Below, one piece after another: positions 1 through 10,940 of a stretch of DNA of 64,000 nucleotides. Each line of letters opens with the position of its first letter. Positions within the stretch are counted from its first letter, which is position 1. The stretch is taken from positions 71,192 to 135,191 of the forward strand of contig NZ_AAWS01000006.1 of NCBI RefSeq assembly GCF_000169175.1, given 5' to 3'. The position numbers and the translations under genes were made by a program. The DNA is from Microscilla marina ATCC 23134. GTDB taxonomy: Bacteria; Bacteroidota; Bacteroidia; Cytophagales; Microscillaceae. The notes beneath the pieces were generated by a model, which had not been told where the DNA came from, made no database searches, and saw only the letters and a program-made list of their open reading frames with translations.

Positions 1-2098
1 TTGAAACCTGCCCGATACACTGGTATTGGGCACCCGCATCATCATTACATGAAACTGGGGAGCTTCTTCTAATACTCCTGTTGGAAACAACAGCAAAAAG
101 TTTGGAGAGAAACTGCCCCATTTAATTTGCCTAAAGCTCCCCACAATAGTAGGCACCATTAATCCTTGTACATTAAAGGTGATCTTGTCGCCAATAGACA
201 GCTCCATTCGTGTAGCATGCTGCTCGTCTACTGATATATAAATAGGAGCGTTGGCACCAGTTACTTGACCCTGCCAGGTACCCTTTGATACTTTCTCCAG
301 TTCAGTATTGATGGTATCGCGATACGTTACCCGGTATTCGCGGTATAAAGTCCAACGTGGTATTTTTCTTTGTTTATCGTCTAACAAAGCTTTTCTACTT
401 CTACCATTGATTTTGGCAATACGCATAGTAACTACAGGCATTTGCTGTTGTACTTTTAAGTTAAACTTGCGCACAATACCTGCCACTGCGTCTTTGTCTT
501 TGTTTTGAATATCGAACAACACCATATTGGGTTGCCCCTCGATACCAGAACGTGCCACCCGATTGATAAGCAAACCTTGAGTAAAATACAAAGTAGTAAT
601 CAAGGCGGTACCCAAACCTATAGACACCAATAAAATGAGGGTTTGATTGTTGGGGCGATATAAATTGGCCAAGCTTTGGCGCCAAAGATAACTCCAGGAT
701 ACAGGAAAAAACCTGCGTACCAACCACATTACGGTACGTCCTAATCCATTGAGTAACAAAAAAGCCAGAAGCAAGGCAATCGTAAAAGAAATTGCGGGAG
801 TAATACGTTGCAACTGAAAATAGACAAACCCAAAAATAAACAGTACAATCAACAGTATTACCAGCCAACGAAGTGGGTCAAAGCTGGACTTTTTTTCTTC
901 TACCGAAGCCCGTAAAGTTCGCAAAGGAGAGATTTTTCTAATACTCAACAGGGGTAACAAACCAAATAAGACTGCTACTACAACGCCTGTTAGTAAACCT
1001 TGCCATACAGCAGTGAACGAAATACTCATCGTTACATCAACCACCAAAAAATCACTGAATACCTCTGGTAATATCACTTGAACCAACACCCCCAGACAAG
1101 TACCAATAAAAGCTCCGGCAAACCCCATCAATGCAATTTGCAACAAATAAATGGTAAATGCCTGGTTGCCGCTTAAGCCCAAACAACGTAAAACCGCCAC
1201 CGTTTTAAGTTTGCCTTTGATATACACATGTACAGAACTAGCCACCCCTAAACAACCTAAAAGCAAAGCAACAAAAGCCACCAAATTAAAAAACTCTGAT
1301 AAGTTCTCAAATACCCGCCCTACTCTTTGCTTACGGTCAGCAACCGTCTCAAAACGAAGGCTTTCTTGCTGCAGCAAAGGTTTAACACGCGTCTCAAGTT
1401 GCTCTAAATTGACCGAGGGAGGGAGTTTGAAATAATACCGATAATTGATACGACTTCCTTTTTTTATTAAATTGGTTTGAGACAAGTATTTCAAAGGAAA
1501 GTATACAATCGGCACAGCAGTAGTGCTTAGTTCGCTTTGCCCTGGAATCTGAAAGATGCTCCCAGCTACCATAAACGTCAATCTGCCAATGCGTATCGAG
1601 TCACCCACTTTTGCACTGTATTGGGTCATAATAGTGTTGTCTACAATTGCTTGTTGTTGGCTTGAGTAGGTCTGAGCAGCAGACACAGGCAGAGTTTCAA
1701 TTTTACCATAAAATGGGTAGTTGCCTTTAAGTGCTCGCACACGTACCAAGCGACTGCCTTGACTTTTGGGCAGATAAATCATAGATAGAAAAGCAACCTC
1801 TTCTGACACTTCGCCCAGGGCTGCTAACGAGTCAATCAACTGTTTTACCTGCGTTTTTTTATCAATAGATTGTGAACTACTAATGACCAAGTCAGCCCCT
1901 AATAAATCTTTAGACTGGGAGTCAATAGAAGCACGCATGTTGTTGCCAAAAGAGTTGATGGCCACCAAAGCAGCTATACCCAAAATGATGGAAGCAGTAA
2001 ATAGCAACAAACGCGACAGGTTACGTCGGCTGTCGCGCCACGCCATTTGTAAGAGCCACCTGAAGTTATAAGCATTTTTTTTTATTGTTGGTTGATTC
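1..2098 (-). CDS. ABC transporter permease, FtsX/MacB-like (YbbP-type, two FtsX domains); 3' end cut by window edge
   Basis: Absent from the supplied ORF track (no stop inside window). Manual reverse-strand translation from ATG (complement of 2096-2098) is open to position 1: MNQPTIKKNAYNFRWLLQMAWRDSRRNLSRLLLFTASIILGIAALVAINSFG... with several TM stretches, and ...FSPNFLLLFPTGVLEEAPQFHVMMMRVPNTSVSGRFQ at the edge. Listed ORFs 308-508, 461-868, 1151-1435 are out-of-frame shadows. Confidence 0.7.
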
Positions 2099-2401
2099 AT
2101 AGTTATATCAGTGCTTTGACGAAATATAGTCGTTTTGCTGGCATTTATGCAACACTGTATATACAAAAGTGACAATCTTTTGAAAGTTTTAACATCACCT
2201 GCCTGCTTACGATCCAAGGACATGTAACCCACCCAAAGAAAAAGAAAATGGTGAAGCTATTACTTACTTTGAACTATCACAGAAAATAGAAGACATAAAA
2301 AAAGCAGTTATTCAAAACGACTCACCTGTGTTTTGAATAACTGCCCTTATGGCTATATTCAATAATATTTATTGTACTTTTCCCAGTCCGAAAAAGTCTA
2401 C

Positions 2402-3127
2402 TTATTGATTGTATTTATACCCAAACTTTCGGGTAATTTTCTTCTTGCGCATTTTTCGCACCTTAATATCCATTTTTATATCCTTATAAGGACGGTTTGC
2501 CCGATCTTTTTCTTGTTGGGCTATTTTATCTATTACCTCAAAACCTTTCACTACTTCACCAAATACAGTATAATTTTGATCTAGCGGAGGAAAACCACCT
2601 AAGGTGGTATAGGCTTCTCGTTGCTTCGGGGTATATTTTATACCTTTACGAAGTTCAATGGCGTTCAACTCTTTACCTGTTACAGGTCTGCCATGTACTA
2701 TATAAAACTGACAAGCATTAGAAGCCTTTTTAGGATTACCATCACGTGCTGCTGCCAACGCACCTTTTTTGTGTATATGCTCAGACCTGAACTCCGCCTC
2801 AATCTTTGCCATGTCTGAGCCCCCCATTCCTAACATTTTACCCTTGGGAGCATTGCGCGAATCAGGGTCTCCACCTTGAATCATAAACCCTTTGATAATA
2901 CGATGAAATAATAAATCTTTATAAAACTTTTTCTTGACAAGCTTTATAAAATTATTCTTATGTTTTGGGGTATCATCATACAGTACCAGATACATATTGC
3001 CAAACGAAGTGGTAATCTGTACCAAGTAATCTTTAGACGATTTACGGCTTTGCGCCTGGAGCTTCAAACTACCAAAACTCAAAAGTATCAGCAAGACAAC
3101 TTGGATAAAAAAGTACTTTTTTTTCAT
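2402..3127 (-). CDS. cyclophilin-type peptidyl-prolyl cis-trans isomerase, secreted (signal peptide), basic C-terminal tail
   Basis: ORF 2402-3184; likely true start at internal MKKKYFFIQVVLLILLSFGSLKLQAQ signal peptide (ATG ~3127); cyclophilin core HRIIKGFMIQGGDP...GMGG...FYIVHG. Confidence 0.8.
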   Translation of the reverse strand: MKKKYFFIQVVLLILLSFGSLKLQAQSRKSSKDYLVQITTSFGNMYLVLYDDTPKHKNNFIKLVKKKFYKDLLFHRIIKGFMIQGGDPDSRNAPKGKMLGMGGSDMAKIEAEFRSEHIHKKGALAAARDGNPKKASNACQFYIVHGRPVTGKELNAIELRKGIKYTPKQREAYTTLGGFPPLDQNYTVFGEVVKGFEVIDKIAQQEKDRANRPYKDIKMDIKVRKMRKKKITRKFGYKYNQ

Positions 3128-3246
3128 TTTTCTGCTATCGATTAGTTTTTGGGGTAAATTATACAAAATAAAATAAGCAGTCAATACATTCCAAGGTGAA
3201 TCACTCAGAAAATTGACTGCTTATCGTTATATACTATTTTGGTAAC

Positions 3247-4476
3247 TTATACCAATTGCTCTAGGGCTATTTTGAAAGCTGCTTTTGCAATGTTTTTAGT
3301 ACTGGGGTGAGCCGCCTGTACTTTTGCCAAAGCCTCTTTGATGATCTCAGATGTATCGGAAAAAATTCCCTCATCACTGAGTTCTACCTCGCCTGACATC
3401 AAGTAACCAAATACCCTGGCCATACCACAGTTGGCAATAAAATCAGGAATAATAGCCACCTGAGTATCGGCAAAATCGCTGATAGGTCCAAAGAAGATTT
3501 CTTCGTCGGCAAAAGGCACATTGGCACCTGCCGAAACCACTTCCAAATTGGCAGCAATCATTTGCTCTACCTGCGCTTTGGTTACCAAACGAGAAGCTGC
3601 CGCTGGAATAAAGATTTCGGCACCCATGCTCCATACTTTTTGGTTAGCCTCGTCAAAAGGAACCAGTTTATCCGCCACCAGTTTATTGCCATTCTTGTTT
3701 ACAAACAGTGTTTTTATCTCTTCAAAACTAAAGCCATCTGGGTTTAACAAACCACCCACACGATCAATAATGCCTACTATTTTTACTCCCATATTGGCAA
3801 GGTATACGGCAGCAGCAGCACCTACATTACCCCAGCCTTGGATAATGGCACGTTTACCAACAAAATCGCCACCCCAAATATTATAATAGTGTTTTACAGC
3901 TTCTGCTACTCCATAACCTGTAATCATATCAGCCACTACATATTTGTGGGCAGCATTGGAAGGAATATAATTTTGGTTTTCTATGACTTTAGAAACACCC
4001 TGACGTAATTGACCAATTTTTTTAATTTTTTGGGGCTCATTGGCATGGTAGTGCCCATTTACTACGCCTTCTTGTGGGTGCCATAAGCCATATTCTTCAG
4101 TAATGGGAATTACCTCATTTATTTCATCCACATTCAAATCGCCACCAGTACCATAATAATTTTTTAGCAATGGAATTACTGCTTTATACCAGCGTTCCAA
4201 TACACCATGCTTTCGCGGATCGTTAGGATCAAAGTTAATTCCTGATTTTGCTCCTCCTATGGGGGGACCAGAAACCGTAAACTTTACTTCCATTGTTTTA
4301 GCAAGCGACTCAACCTCTCGCTTATTCAACCCCTTTCGCATGCGGGTACCTCCACCAGCAGCGCCATTACGCAATGAATTGATAACCACCCAACCTTCAG
4401 CTTCTGTTTCTGAATCCTGCCACTCAAATACAATTTCCGGGCGTTTATTTTCAAATTTTGCTAAAAGATCCTTCAT
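3247..4476 (-). CDS. Glu/Leu/Phe/Val-family amino-acid dehydrogenase (NAD(P)-dependent)
   Basis: 409 aa; substrate-domain motif GAAGGGTRM, Rossmann motif QGWGNVGAAAAVYLANMGVKIVGIID. Confidence 0.75.
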   Translation of the reverse strand: MKDLLAKFENKRPEIVFEWQDSETEAEGWVVINSLRNGAAGGGTRMRKGLNKREVESLAKTMEVKFTVSGPPIGGAKSGINFDPNDPRKHGVLERWYKAVIPLLKNYYGTGGDLNVDEINEVIPITEEYGLWHPQEGVVNGHYHANEPQKIKKIGQLRQGVSKVIENQNYIPSNAAHKYVVADMITGYGVAEAVKHYYNIWGGDFVGKRAIIQGWGNVGAAAAVYLANMGVKIVGIIDRVGGLLNPDGFSFEEIKTLFVNKNGNKLVADKLVPFDEANQKVWSMGAEIFIPAAASRLVTKAQVEQMIAANLEVVSAGANVPFADEEIFFGPISDFADTQVAIIPDFIANCGMARVFGYLMSGEVELSDEGIFSDTSEIIKEALAKVQAAHPSTKNIAKAAFKIALEQLV

Positions 4477-4828
4477 TTTACTTCTTGTGTTTTTAGAGGT
4501 TAAATTATAAATATGTCAGTAAATATAGAAGGTTTTTTGACCATTACCACTTCTATATATTTTAAAATGTTCTGCTTCTTACATACCCAAAGGAGACAAA
4601 AAAACATTGGACTGCGTAAAGACCACAGATATATGTTATTTTTGCAATCATAAAAAGCAATGTGCAAATTTATAGGAAAACTTTGTAATTATACATGCAT
4701 AAAACGTTGATAATCACACACTTTTTTTATTGGCAAATATTCTTCTTCTAATAAAGCCAATATTCCAAATTATCAATATTTTATTCTTCCTATTTATTTA
4801 TACAACCAAAGCCTTAACAAAAAATCGC

Positions 4829-5575
4829 GTAATGCATCCACTGAACTTGTGTATTGATCTAGGCAATACAACGGGAAAAGCCGCCTTTTTTAGGCAACAA
4901 AAAATGCTTGAGTACCATGAACAATTGTCTGAAAAATCAATTTTACACCTGGTACAAAAAGAGCAACCCCATCATATTATTATCTCTTCGGTAAGAAGTA
5001 ATCTTGACGGTTTGCTTGATCAACTCAAGCAATACAGTGAGGTGATGGTGCTGGATAGTATTTTGCCAGTACCAATGATAAACCATTATGAAACCCCTCA
5101 CACTTTAGGTACTGACCGCATAGCAGGTGTTGTGGGTGCCAGGGTGCTCTACCCGCAGGACAGTTGTTTGGTAATAGATGCAGGCACTTGTATTACTTAT
5201 GATTTCATAGATCAACAAGACAATTATTTTGGTGGAAGTATTTCATTAGGTTTACAAATGCGTTTTAAAGCCCTTCACCATTATACCGATCGTTTACCAC
5301 TGATAGAGGCGTCAACAACACGACCAGCACTGGTAGGTACCAACACTCCAAAAGCGATACTTAGTGGGGTAATAAATGGGTTGGTTGCCGAAATAGAAGG
5401 GGTAATAGCAGGTTATAGTGAAAATTTTGGTAATTTTGCGCCGATTTTATGTGGGGGAGATGCTGCTTTTTTTGAATCAAAAATAAAAGAGTCCATATTT
5501 GTAGCCTCCAATTTGATACTCATCGGGTTGAACAGAATATTAATCTACAATGTTGAAAACAAACTCAAGTCGTAA
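4829..5575 (+). CDS. coaX: type III pantothenate kinase
   Basis: ORF 4730-5575; start moved to MHPLNLCIDLGNTTGKAAFF (ASKHA fold N-motif); GTDRIAGVVGA, VIDAGTCITYD, GGSISLGLQMRFKALHHYTDRLP typical of CoaX. Confidence 0.75.
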   Translation, partial: VMHPLNLCIDLGNTTGKAAFFRQQKMLEYHEQLSEKSILHLVQKEQPHHIIISSVRSNLDGLLDQLKQYSEVMVLDSILPVPMINHYETPHTLGTDRIAGVVGARVLYPQDSCLVIDAGTCITYDFIDQQDNYFGGSISLGLQMRFKALHHYTDRLPLIEASTTRPALVGTNTPKAILSGVINGLVAEIEGVIAGYSENFGNFAPILCGGDAAFFESKIKESIFVASNLILIGLNRILIYNVENKLKS

Positions 5576-6839
5576 ATTTCATAGATTATTTTTGATTCTA
5601 TGTTTAAGCGGACTATTTCATGTTAGTTACGCTCAGAACTTTGGTAACTCTCCATATTCGCAAGTGGGTATTGGCGAAATGCTCGGTTCCACATTTTCTC
5701 ACCAAGCAGGTATGGGAGGGGTAGGCGTTAGCAACAACTCTATAAGCTTGCTCAATATATATAACAACATAAACCCTGCACTACTTGCCCGCAACCGCCT
5801 GACTGTTTTTGAAGCAGGAGTATTGGGACAAATCAAAACATTAAAAAACACCAATGACTCCCAACAAGATGTTGGAGGTAGTTACAACTACCTTGCACTC
5901 TCTTTTCCTATAGGCAAGGTATGGGCAACAGGCATAGGACTTACTCCTTATAGTACCATTAATTATGAGTCAAGATCACGTATTAATATAGCTAATTCCG
6001 ATTTTTCTACTGATTTGACTCAAAAAGGCGAAGGGGGTGTGAACTCTATTTTTATTACTAATAGTGTGGCTATATTCAAAAAACTTTTTATTGGCTTAAA
6101 GGTTAACTGGTTGTTTGGTTCTATCATCAATGAGTCCTCATCTGAGCTATTTTTAGGTTCAAGCCCTCTACGTACTACTGTTACTTATTTTAACCGTACT
6201 CGTGTAAACGATTTATTACTGGAACCAGGCGTGTCGTTCCAACAAAACCTGGGCAAAAACCTGTTTTTAAACCTGGGAGGCACCTTTAGCATGGCTACAA
6301 ACCTTAACGCCAAACGTTTTGTGTCTTTTGACCGTCGCAATGATAATGACATCATCTTAGTTCAAGATACACTTACTAATAACCAGGCAACCAGCATTGA
6401 CATGCCTAACCGTTTGCGCTTCGGCGCAAGTATAGAAAGAGCTTACCGGTGGCAATTAGGCGCAGATGTGATACTCGAAAACTGGTCAGCTTTTAAAGTA
6501 AATAATTCTACTACCAACTTAAGCAATATTTACGGAGTAGCAATAGGAGGTGAGTATACCCCCAACGTAAGCAGCTTAAACAATTATTGGAAGAGGGTGA
6601 CTTACAGGGCTGGATTTAAATATAAACAAAACCCCATCAATCCTGAACAGGTCCAAGATATGTCGATTAGCTTTGGAGTTTCGTTACCTGTACAAAAAAA
6701 CCGATCATTATTAAATCTTTCGGTGGTACTAGGACAACAAGGCCGTATATCTGATGGATTAGTTCAGGAAAGATACGTACGCATCCATTTGGGAGCTACA
6801 CTTAATGATAGATGGTTTGTTAAACCTAAAATTGATTAA
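5550..6839 (+). CDS. hypothetical secreted/outer-membrane protein (signal peptide, beta-rich, ends in aromatic residue region)
   Basis: 429 aa ORF; N-term MLKTNSSRKFHRLFLILCLSGLFHVSYAQ; overlaps coaX end by 26 nt (operon-like). Confidence 0.6.
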   Translation: MLKTNSSRKFHRLFLILCLSGLFHVSYAQNFGNSPYSQVGIGEMLGSTFSHQAGMGGVGVSNNSISLLNIYNNINPALLARNRLTVFEAGVLGQIKTLKNTNDSQQDVGGSYNYLALSFPIGKVWATGIGLTPYSTINYESRSRINIANSDFSTDLTQKGEGGVNSIFITNSVAIFKKLFIGLKVNWLFGSIINESSSELFLGSSPLRTTVTYFNRTRVNDLLLEPGVSFQQNLGKNLFLNLGGTFSMATNLNAKRFVSFDRRNDNDIILVQDTLTNNQATSIDMPNRLRFGASIERAYRWQLGADVILENWSAFKVNNSTTNLSNIYGVAIGGEYTPNVSSLNNYWKRVTYRAGFKYKQNPINPEQVQDMSISFGVSLPVQKNRSLLNLSVVLGQQGRISDGLVQERYVRIHLGATLNDRWFVKPKID

Positions 6840-6852
6840 AATTTAAAACACG

Positions 6853-8172
6853 ATGAAACGTTCACTATTCTTATTTGTATTTATGGCGTTGTTTGTTAGT
6901 CTTACAAACGCCCAAGCACAACCTACCAAAGGCATTAAAGGTGGTAACCCTAATGATTGGCCTTCAGAAGTAAGAGAGAAATTTATAGTATTAGGTGACA
7001 ATGCCAGCCAAAAAAACTACGAGACAGCCTTGCCTGCCCTAGAGTGGTTGTTGGCAAATCACCCACAGTTACACAAAAATGTATACATTAAAGGAATACA
7101 GGTATACCATGGGTTGGCAAAAAAAGCTACTGATAAAGCCAACAAAGTAAAGTATCAGGACAAAGCCATGGATTTGTATGACCAACGCATCAAGTATTTT
7201 GGCAATGAAGCGAAAGTGTTGGCTTATAAAGCTTATTACGCTCCTTATTACTGGACTGGTCGTCGTACAGAAGATTTGTATAAACTATATGCAAAGATTG
7301 TAAAACTAAATGGCAACAAGACAGACGCCAATGTAGTGTCTCATTATATGGGTATTGCTGCTGCCAAGAAAAAAGCCAATCAGCTGACCGAAGATGAGGT
7401 ACTTAACCTACACGAGCAGTTGACTAAGATAGCAGAGGCGAACTCTGGAGCAAAGTGGGACAAAGCCCAGCAAGCACTCAATGCTCACCTGGCAAGTGTT
7501 ATTACTATGAACTGCGACTTTGTATACAAATTTTATGTACCTAAGTACAAAGCAGACCCTGAAAATGTAAAAATGATTGAGCAAGTATTGGCTCGTATGA
7601 TTCAGGCAAGTAAAAACGCTAAAGAAGGCGAAGAACGTTGTACTAAGAAGCCTTTGTTTCTGGAGTTAGCAGAGAAGCTTTTCAAGAAAAAGCCTACTTA
7701 TGGCCGTGCTATGAACCTGGTAAATGCTTATCGTGATGATAAACAAAAATCGAAAGGGTATTTGGAAAAAGCCATTGAACTAGCTGATACTGATCAGAAA
7801 AAAGCAGATGGTTATTTACAATTGGCTGGTATGCAAAGAGGCATGGGCGCTTATGGAGCTGCTCGTAAAAATGCTTATACTGCGGCCAAACTTAACCCAT
7901 CTATTGCAGGCAAAGCTTACAACATGGTAGCTTATATGTATATGGCAAGCGGTAAAAGCTGTAATGGCACCAACCCTAAAAACCCTTGTCACGCCAAGGC
8001 TGTATACATTGCAGCTTATAACATGTTCCAGAAAGCTGGCAACAGTGGCGGCATGGCAAAAGCAAGACAGTATTTCCCAACCAAAGAAGAGGTATTTACC
8101 CACTCTATGTCGGGTAAAGCTGTAAATGTAGGTTGCTGGATCGGAGAAACTGTAACTATTGTAGGTCAATAG
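6853..8172 (+). CDS. hypothetical secreted protein, K/A-rich, possibly TPR-like helical repeats
   Basis: 439 aa ORF with signal peptide MKRSLFLFVFMALFVSLTNAQAQ; no recognisable catalytic motif. Confidence 0.55.
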   Translation: MKRSLFLFVFMALFVSLTNAQAQPTKGIKGGNPNDWPSEVREKFIVLGDNASQKNYETALPALEWLLANHPQLHKNVYIKGIQVYHGLAKKATDKANKVKYQDKAMDLYDQRIKYFGNEAKVLAYKAYYAPYYWTGRRTEDLYKLYAKIVKLNGNKTDANVVSHYMGIAAAKKKANQLTEDEVLNLHEQLTKIAEANSGAKWDKAQQALNAHLASVITMNCDFVYKFYVPKYKADPENVKMIEQVLARMIQASKNAKEGEERCTKKPLFLELAEKLFKKKPTYGRAMNLVNAYRDDKQKSKGYLEKAIELADTDQKKADGYLQLAGMQRGMGAYGAARKNAYTAAKLNPSIAGKAYNMVAYMYMASGKSCNGTNPKNPCHAKAVYIAAYNMFQKAGNSGGMAKARQYFPTKEEVFTHSMSGKAVNVGCWIGETVTIVGQ

Positions 8173-8404
8173 TTGGCCAGGCTCCTATCAACATTATAAA
8201 CAAAAAACGTGGGAATCTCTTTATTTAGGTTCCCACGTTTTTCCATTTAGTGTATGTTTAAAATTAGTAAATACTGTGTTTTAAACTTCCATCTAAGGAT
8301 TTTATAAATTGTTAAAAATCAATGTACTATAAAATCTATATGCTTGTAAACTGAACCTATAGCTTGCTATGGTGAGCTCTACGCAGTTAAGCAGGGGGCA
8401 TTTG

Positions 8405-8575
8405 TCGCTTGAAGCACCGATATGCATTGGTATCTAAAAACTTGAGGCTTGCCTCTGTAAGGACTTCTATCTACCGACTTCATAAACCGCTGATTTTTAG
8501 CGCTCTATAAAATCGGTAATAGGCTTGAAGAGCGACCTCAAGCTTGAAGCTTGTCGCTAAAAGCTTGAGGCTGTA
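8405..8575. repeat. intergenic repeat family C copy (near-palindromic core CACCGATATGCATTGGTATCTAA plus AGCTTGARG sub-repeats and hairpin 8531-8560)
   Basis: 450-bp gap 8173-8623; core and flanking motifs (TTCTATCTACYGAYTT, ATAAAATCG) recur at 62350-62460 in permuted order. Confidence 0.45.
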
Positions 8576-8623
8576 GAGGCTACCTACTAACAATCATCAC
8601 AACAACACTCACTTATATCATTC

Positions 8624-9154
8624 ATGCGATATTCTTTTGTATTCGTCATATTATGCTCTATACTTGGACTAATTGCCTGCGAAACCAAAGACACTACTAG
8701 AAAAGCTTCTCAGTACAAAGGACCTTTGATAGAAATTACCAATGTCAATGCTTTTTACAGCGATTCGGGTAAAGTAAAGGTTAACCTTAGAACTCCTTTG
8801 CAACAAGAATACAAGAATGAAGATCGAGTATTCCCAAAAGGTTTGACAGTAAATTTTTATGATGCCCAATTGCAAAATAATGGCAGGTTGGTGGCAGACT
8901 CTGCTTTTTACTCCAAAAAAGAAAAACTCTGGACAGCTGTAGGCAATGTTGTGGTTACAAATTTGTTGGAAAACAAGTCATTGTTGTCTGATACCTTGCA
9001 TTGGAATACCACCAAAAAAATATTTTATACCTCTGCTCCTATCAAAATAACCAGCCCTAAAGACAAATTGGCTGGCAAAGGCATAGAGGCACAGCAAGAC
9101 TTGAAGCGCTACCAGATAGGACAACCCAAAGGAATTATTACAGTAAAACAATAG
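8624..9154 (+). CDS. LptC-like periplasmic LPS-export protein (lipoprotein-type N-terminus)
   Basis: 176 aa, N-terminal anchor MRYSFVFVILCSILGLIAC, size and beta-rich composition like Bacteroidetes LptC; sits between coaX block and gldE-like gene as in many Bacteroidetes. Confidence 0.5.
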   Translation: MRYSFVFVILCSILGLIACETKDTTRKASQYKGPLIEITNVNAFYSDSGKVKVNLRTPLQQEYKNEDRVFPKGLTVNFYDAQLQNNGRLVADSAFYSKKEKLWTAVGNVVVTNLLENKSLLSDTLHWNTTKKIFYTSAPIKITSPKDKLAGKGIEAQQDLKRYQIGQPKGIITVKQ

Positions 9155-9213
9155 TTTGTTGTATAAAGCACCAAAAAAGAAGTTACTTTATAGTCGAAAA
9201 CACTTATTAAGAA

Positions 9214-9480
9214 ATGAAATTAGTTGATTCTATTCTATTATCTGCATCTGTTGGCTTTTTGGTGATAGGCATCAATCAGGTTTTTGCAGGCCAGGGAAAA
9301 GAAAGTTACTGGATTTTTATGTTTTCAATCATTTGCTTATTTAGCTACCAAGCACGTAAATTAAAACGAAAGGAAAAAGCTGCAGTAGCAGAGCAAACAC
9401 CTAACAAAACCACTGGCACAAAGCCCAAAAAAGACGCGTCCAACTCAAACTATACTAAAAAGAAAAAACGCCGAAAATAA
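9214..9480 (+). CDS. small membrane protein with Lys-rich tail (hypothetical)
   Basis: 88 aa ORF, two hydrophobic segments then KKDASNSNYTKKKKRRK; fills gap between lptC-like and next gene; may be spurious. Confidence 0.3.
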   Translation: MKLVDSILLSASVGFLVIGINQVFAGQGKESYWIFMFSIICLFSYQARKLKRKEKAAVAEQTPNKTTGTKPKKDASNSNYTKKKKRRK

Positions 9481-9483
9481 TCC

Positions 9484-10812
9484 ATGGAATTATACCAAAC
9501 GATTGGTGTTCTTATTTCGCTGGTGCTATCAGCCCTTTTCTCAGGTACCGAAATAGCTTTTGTGTCTGCCGATAAATTGCATATTGAGCTACAAAGCCAA
9601 AAAGGCAAACTTCCTGAACGATTACTGGCGCGTTTTATTGACAAATCTTCTTACTTTATAGCTGCTTTATTAGTGGGTAATACTGTCACACTGGTAGTAT
9701 ATGGCATTTACATGGCCGAAATTTTAGATCCACTGTTGCTTGCCTACTTGCCCCCAAGCATTAATAATGAGTTCAATATATTATTTATCCAAACTATCTT
9801 ATCTACTATTATTGTACTCATTACGGCTGAATTTCTTCCTAAGTCTATCTTTTTGATTAACCCTACCCGCCTGTTGACATTCCTCTCAATCCCTATGTCA
9901 CTGCTTTATTATCTGTTGTTTCCGTTTGTATACCTAATGGTTAATTTTTCAAAGTTTGTCATTATCAACGTTTTCAGGCTTGATTACTCTGAAGACCGGG
10001 CAGTATACAACCTGGTAGACCTTGACAAGTATGTAAGCAATATAGCCCCTAACACCAACGAGGCAAGCGAAAGCCCTGAAATAGACCCCAAAATATTTTC
10101 GGCAGCCCTTGAGTTCCGAGATATAAAAGTAAGGGAGTGTATGGTACCCCGTACCGAGATTGTAGCAGTAGAAGAGAACAATACTTTGATTAAGTTGCGT
10201 AAAGCATTTGAGGACTCAGGGCACTCTAAAATTTTGGTGTACCAAGAAAATATTGATGCAATCATAGGATACTGCCACTCACTTGACTTGTTTAAAAAAC
10301 CAGAAAACATTGCCTCTATCATCACTCCTATTATTAGTGTACCCGAAAGTATGCCTGCCCAGGAGTTGCTGGCACAGTTTATAGCAGAACACAAAAGCAT
10401 CGCACTTATTTTTGATGAATTTGGTGGAACTTCAGGTATTGTGACTATAGAAGATGTAATAGAAGAGATTTTTGGTGAGATACAAGATGAACACGATAAA
10501 GAAGTATGGGTAGAGAAAAAAATTGATGAGAATAACTTTATTTTGAGTGCCCGCCACGAAATAGACTACTTAAACGATAGATATGATTGGGATTTGCCTG
10601 AAGATGAATATGACACATTGGGCGGACTAATACTACATCTTAACGAAGATATACCAAAACCTAACCAGGTTTTACACTACCCTCCTTTTGTTTTCACCAT
10701 CTTAAGTATACAAGATCGTGCACGTATAGACACAGTAAAGGTGTCGTTGCAAAAAAATAAAAGTAAGTCTAAAAAACGAAAAAGCCCCCTAAAAGTTTCC
10801 CGAAATTCCTAA
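9484..10812 (+). CDS. CNNM/DUF21 + CBS pair + CorC_HlyC transporter-associated protein (GldE/hemolysin-family)
   Basis: 442 aa; N-terminal 4-TM DUF21-like region, tandem CBS-like segments (VRECMVPRTEIVAVEE..., ...IEDVIEEIFGEIQDEHD), C-terminal CorC-like domain. Confidence 0.7.
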   Translation: MELYQTIGVLISLVLSALFSGTEIAFVSADKLHIELQSQKGKLPERLLARFIDKSSYFIAALLVGNTVTLVVYGIYMAEILDPLLLAYLPPSINNEFNILFIQTILSTIIVLITAEFLPKSIFLINPTRLLTFLSIPMSLLYYLLFPFVYLMVNFSKFVIINVFRLDYSEDRAVYNLVDLDKYVSNIAPNTNEASESPEIDPKIFSAALEFRDIKVRECMVPRTEIVAVEENNTLIKLRKAFEDSGHSKILVYQENIDAIIGYCHSLDLFKKPENIASIITPIISVPESMPAQELLAQFIAEHKSIALIFDEFGGTSGIVTIEDVIEEIFGEIQDEHDKEVWVEKKIDENNFILSARHEIDYLNDRYDWDLPEDEYDTLGGLILHLNEDIPKPNQVLHYPPFVFTILSIQDRARIDTVKVSLQKNKSKSKKRKSPLKVSRNS

Positions 10813-10940
10813 TATTCCCAATATTTCTATGATTCTATGTCGAGCATTCCACATGAATCCGTATCTTTGCGGAATCCTAAAAAACCTACTGTGAATGACA
10901 CAATATTTTTTGTTTAATTTTTAACGAAGCATATAGGAAG

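Noticed and set aside
308-1435. ORFs 308-508(+), 461-868(-), 1151-1435(+) from the track
   Set aside because: Embedded in the long minus-strand FtsX-like permease reading frame; they are alternative-frame artefacts.
9484-10812. Calling the CNNM/CBS protein gldE
   Set aside because: The architecture matches GldE, but no gldD partner follows it (a PpiD-like gene does), so only the family-level call is made.
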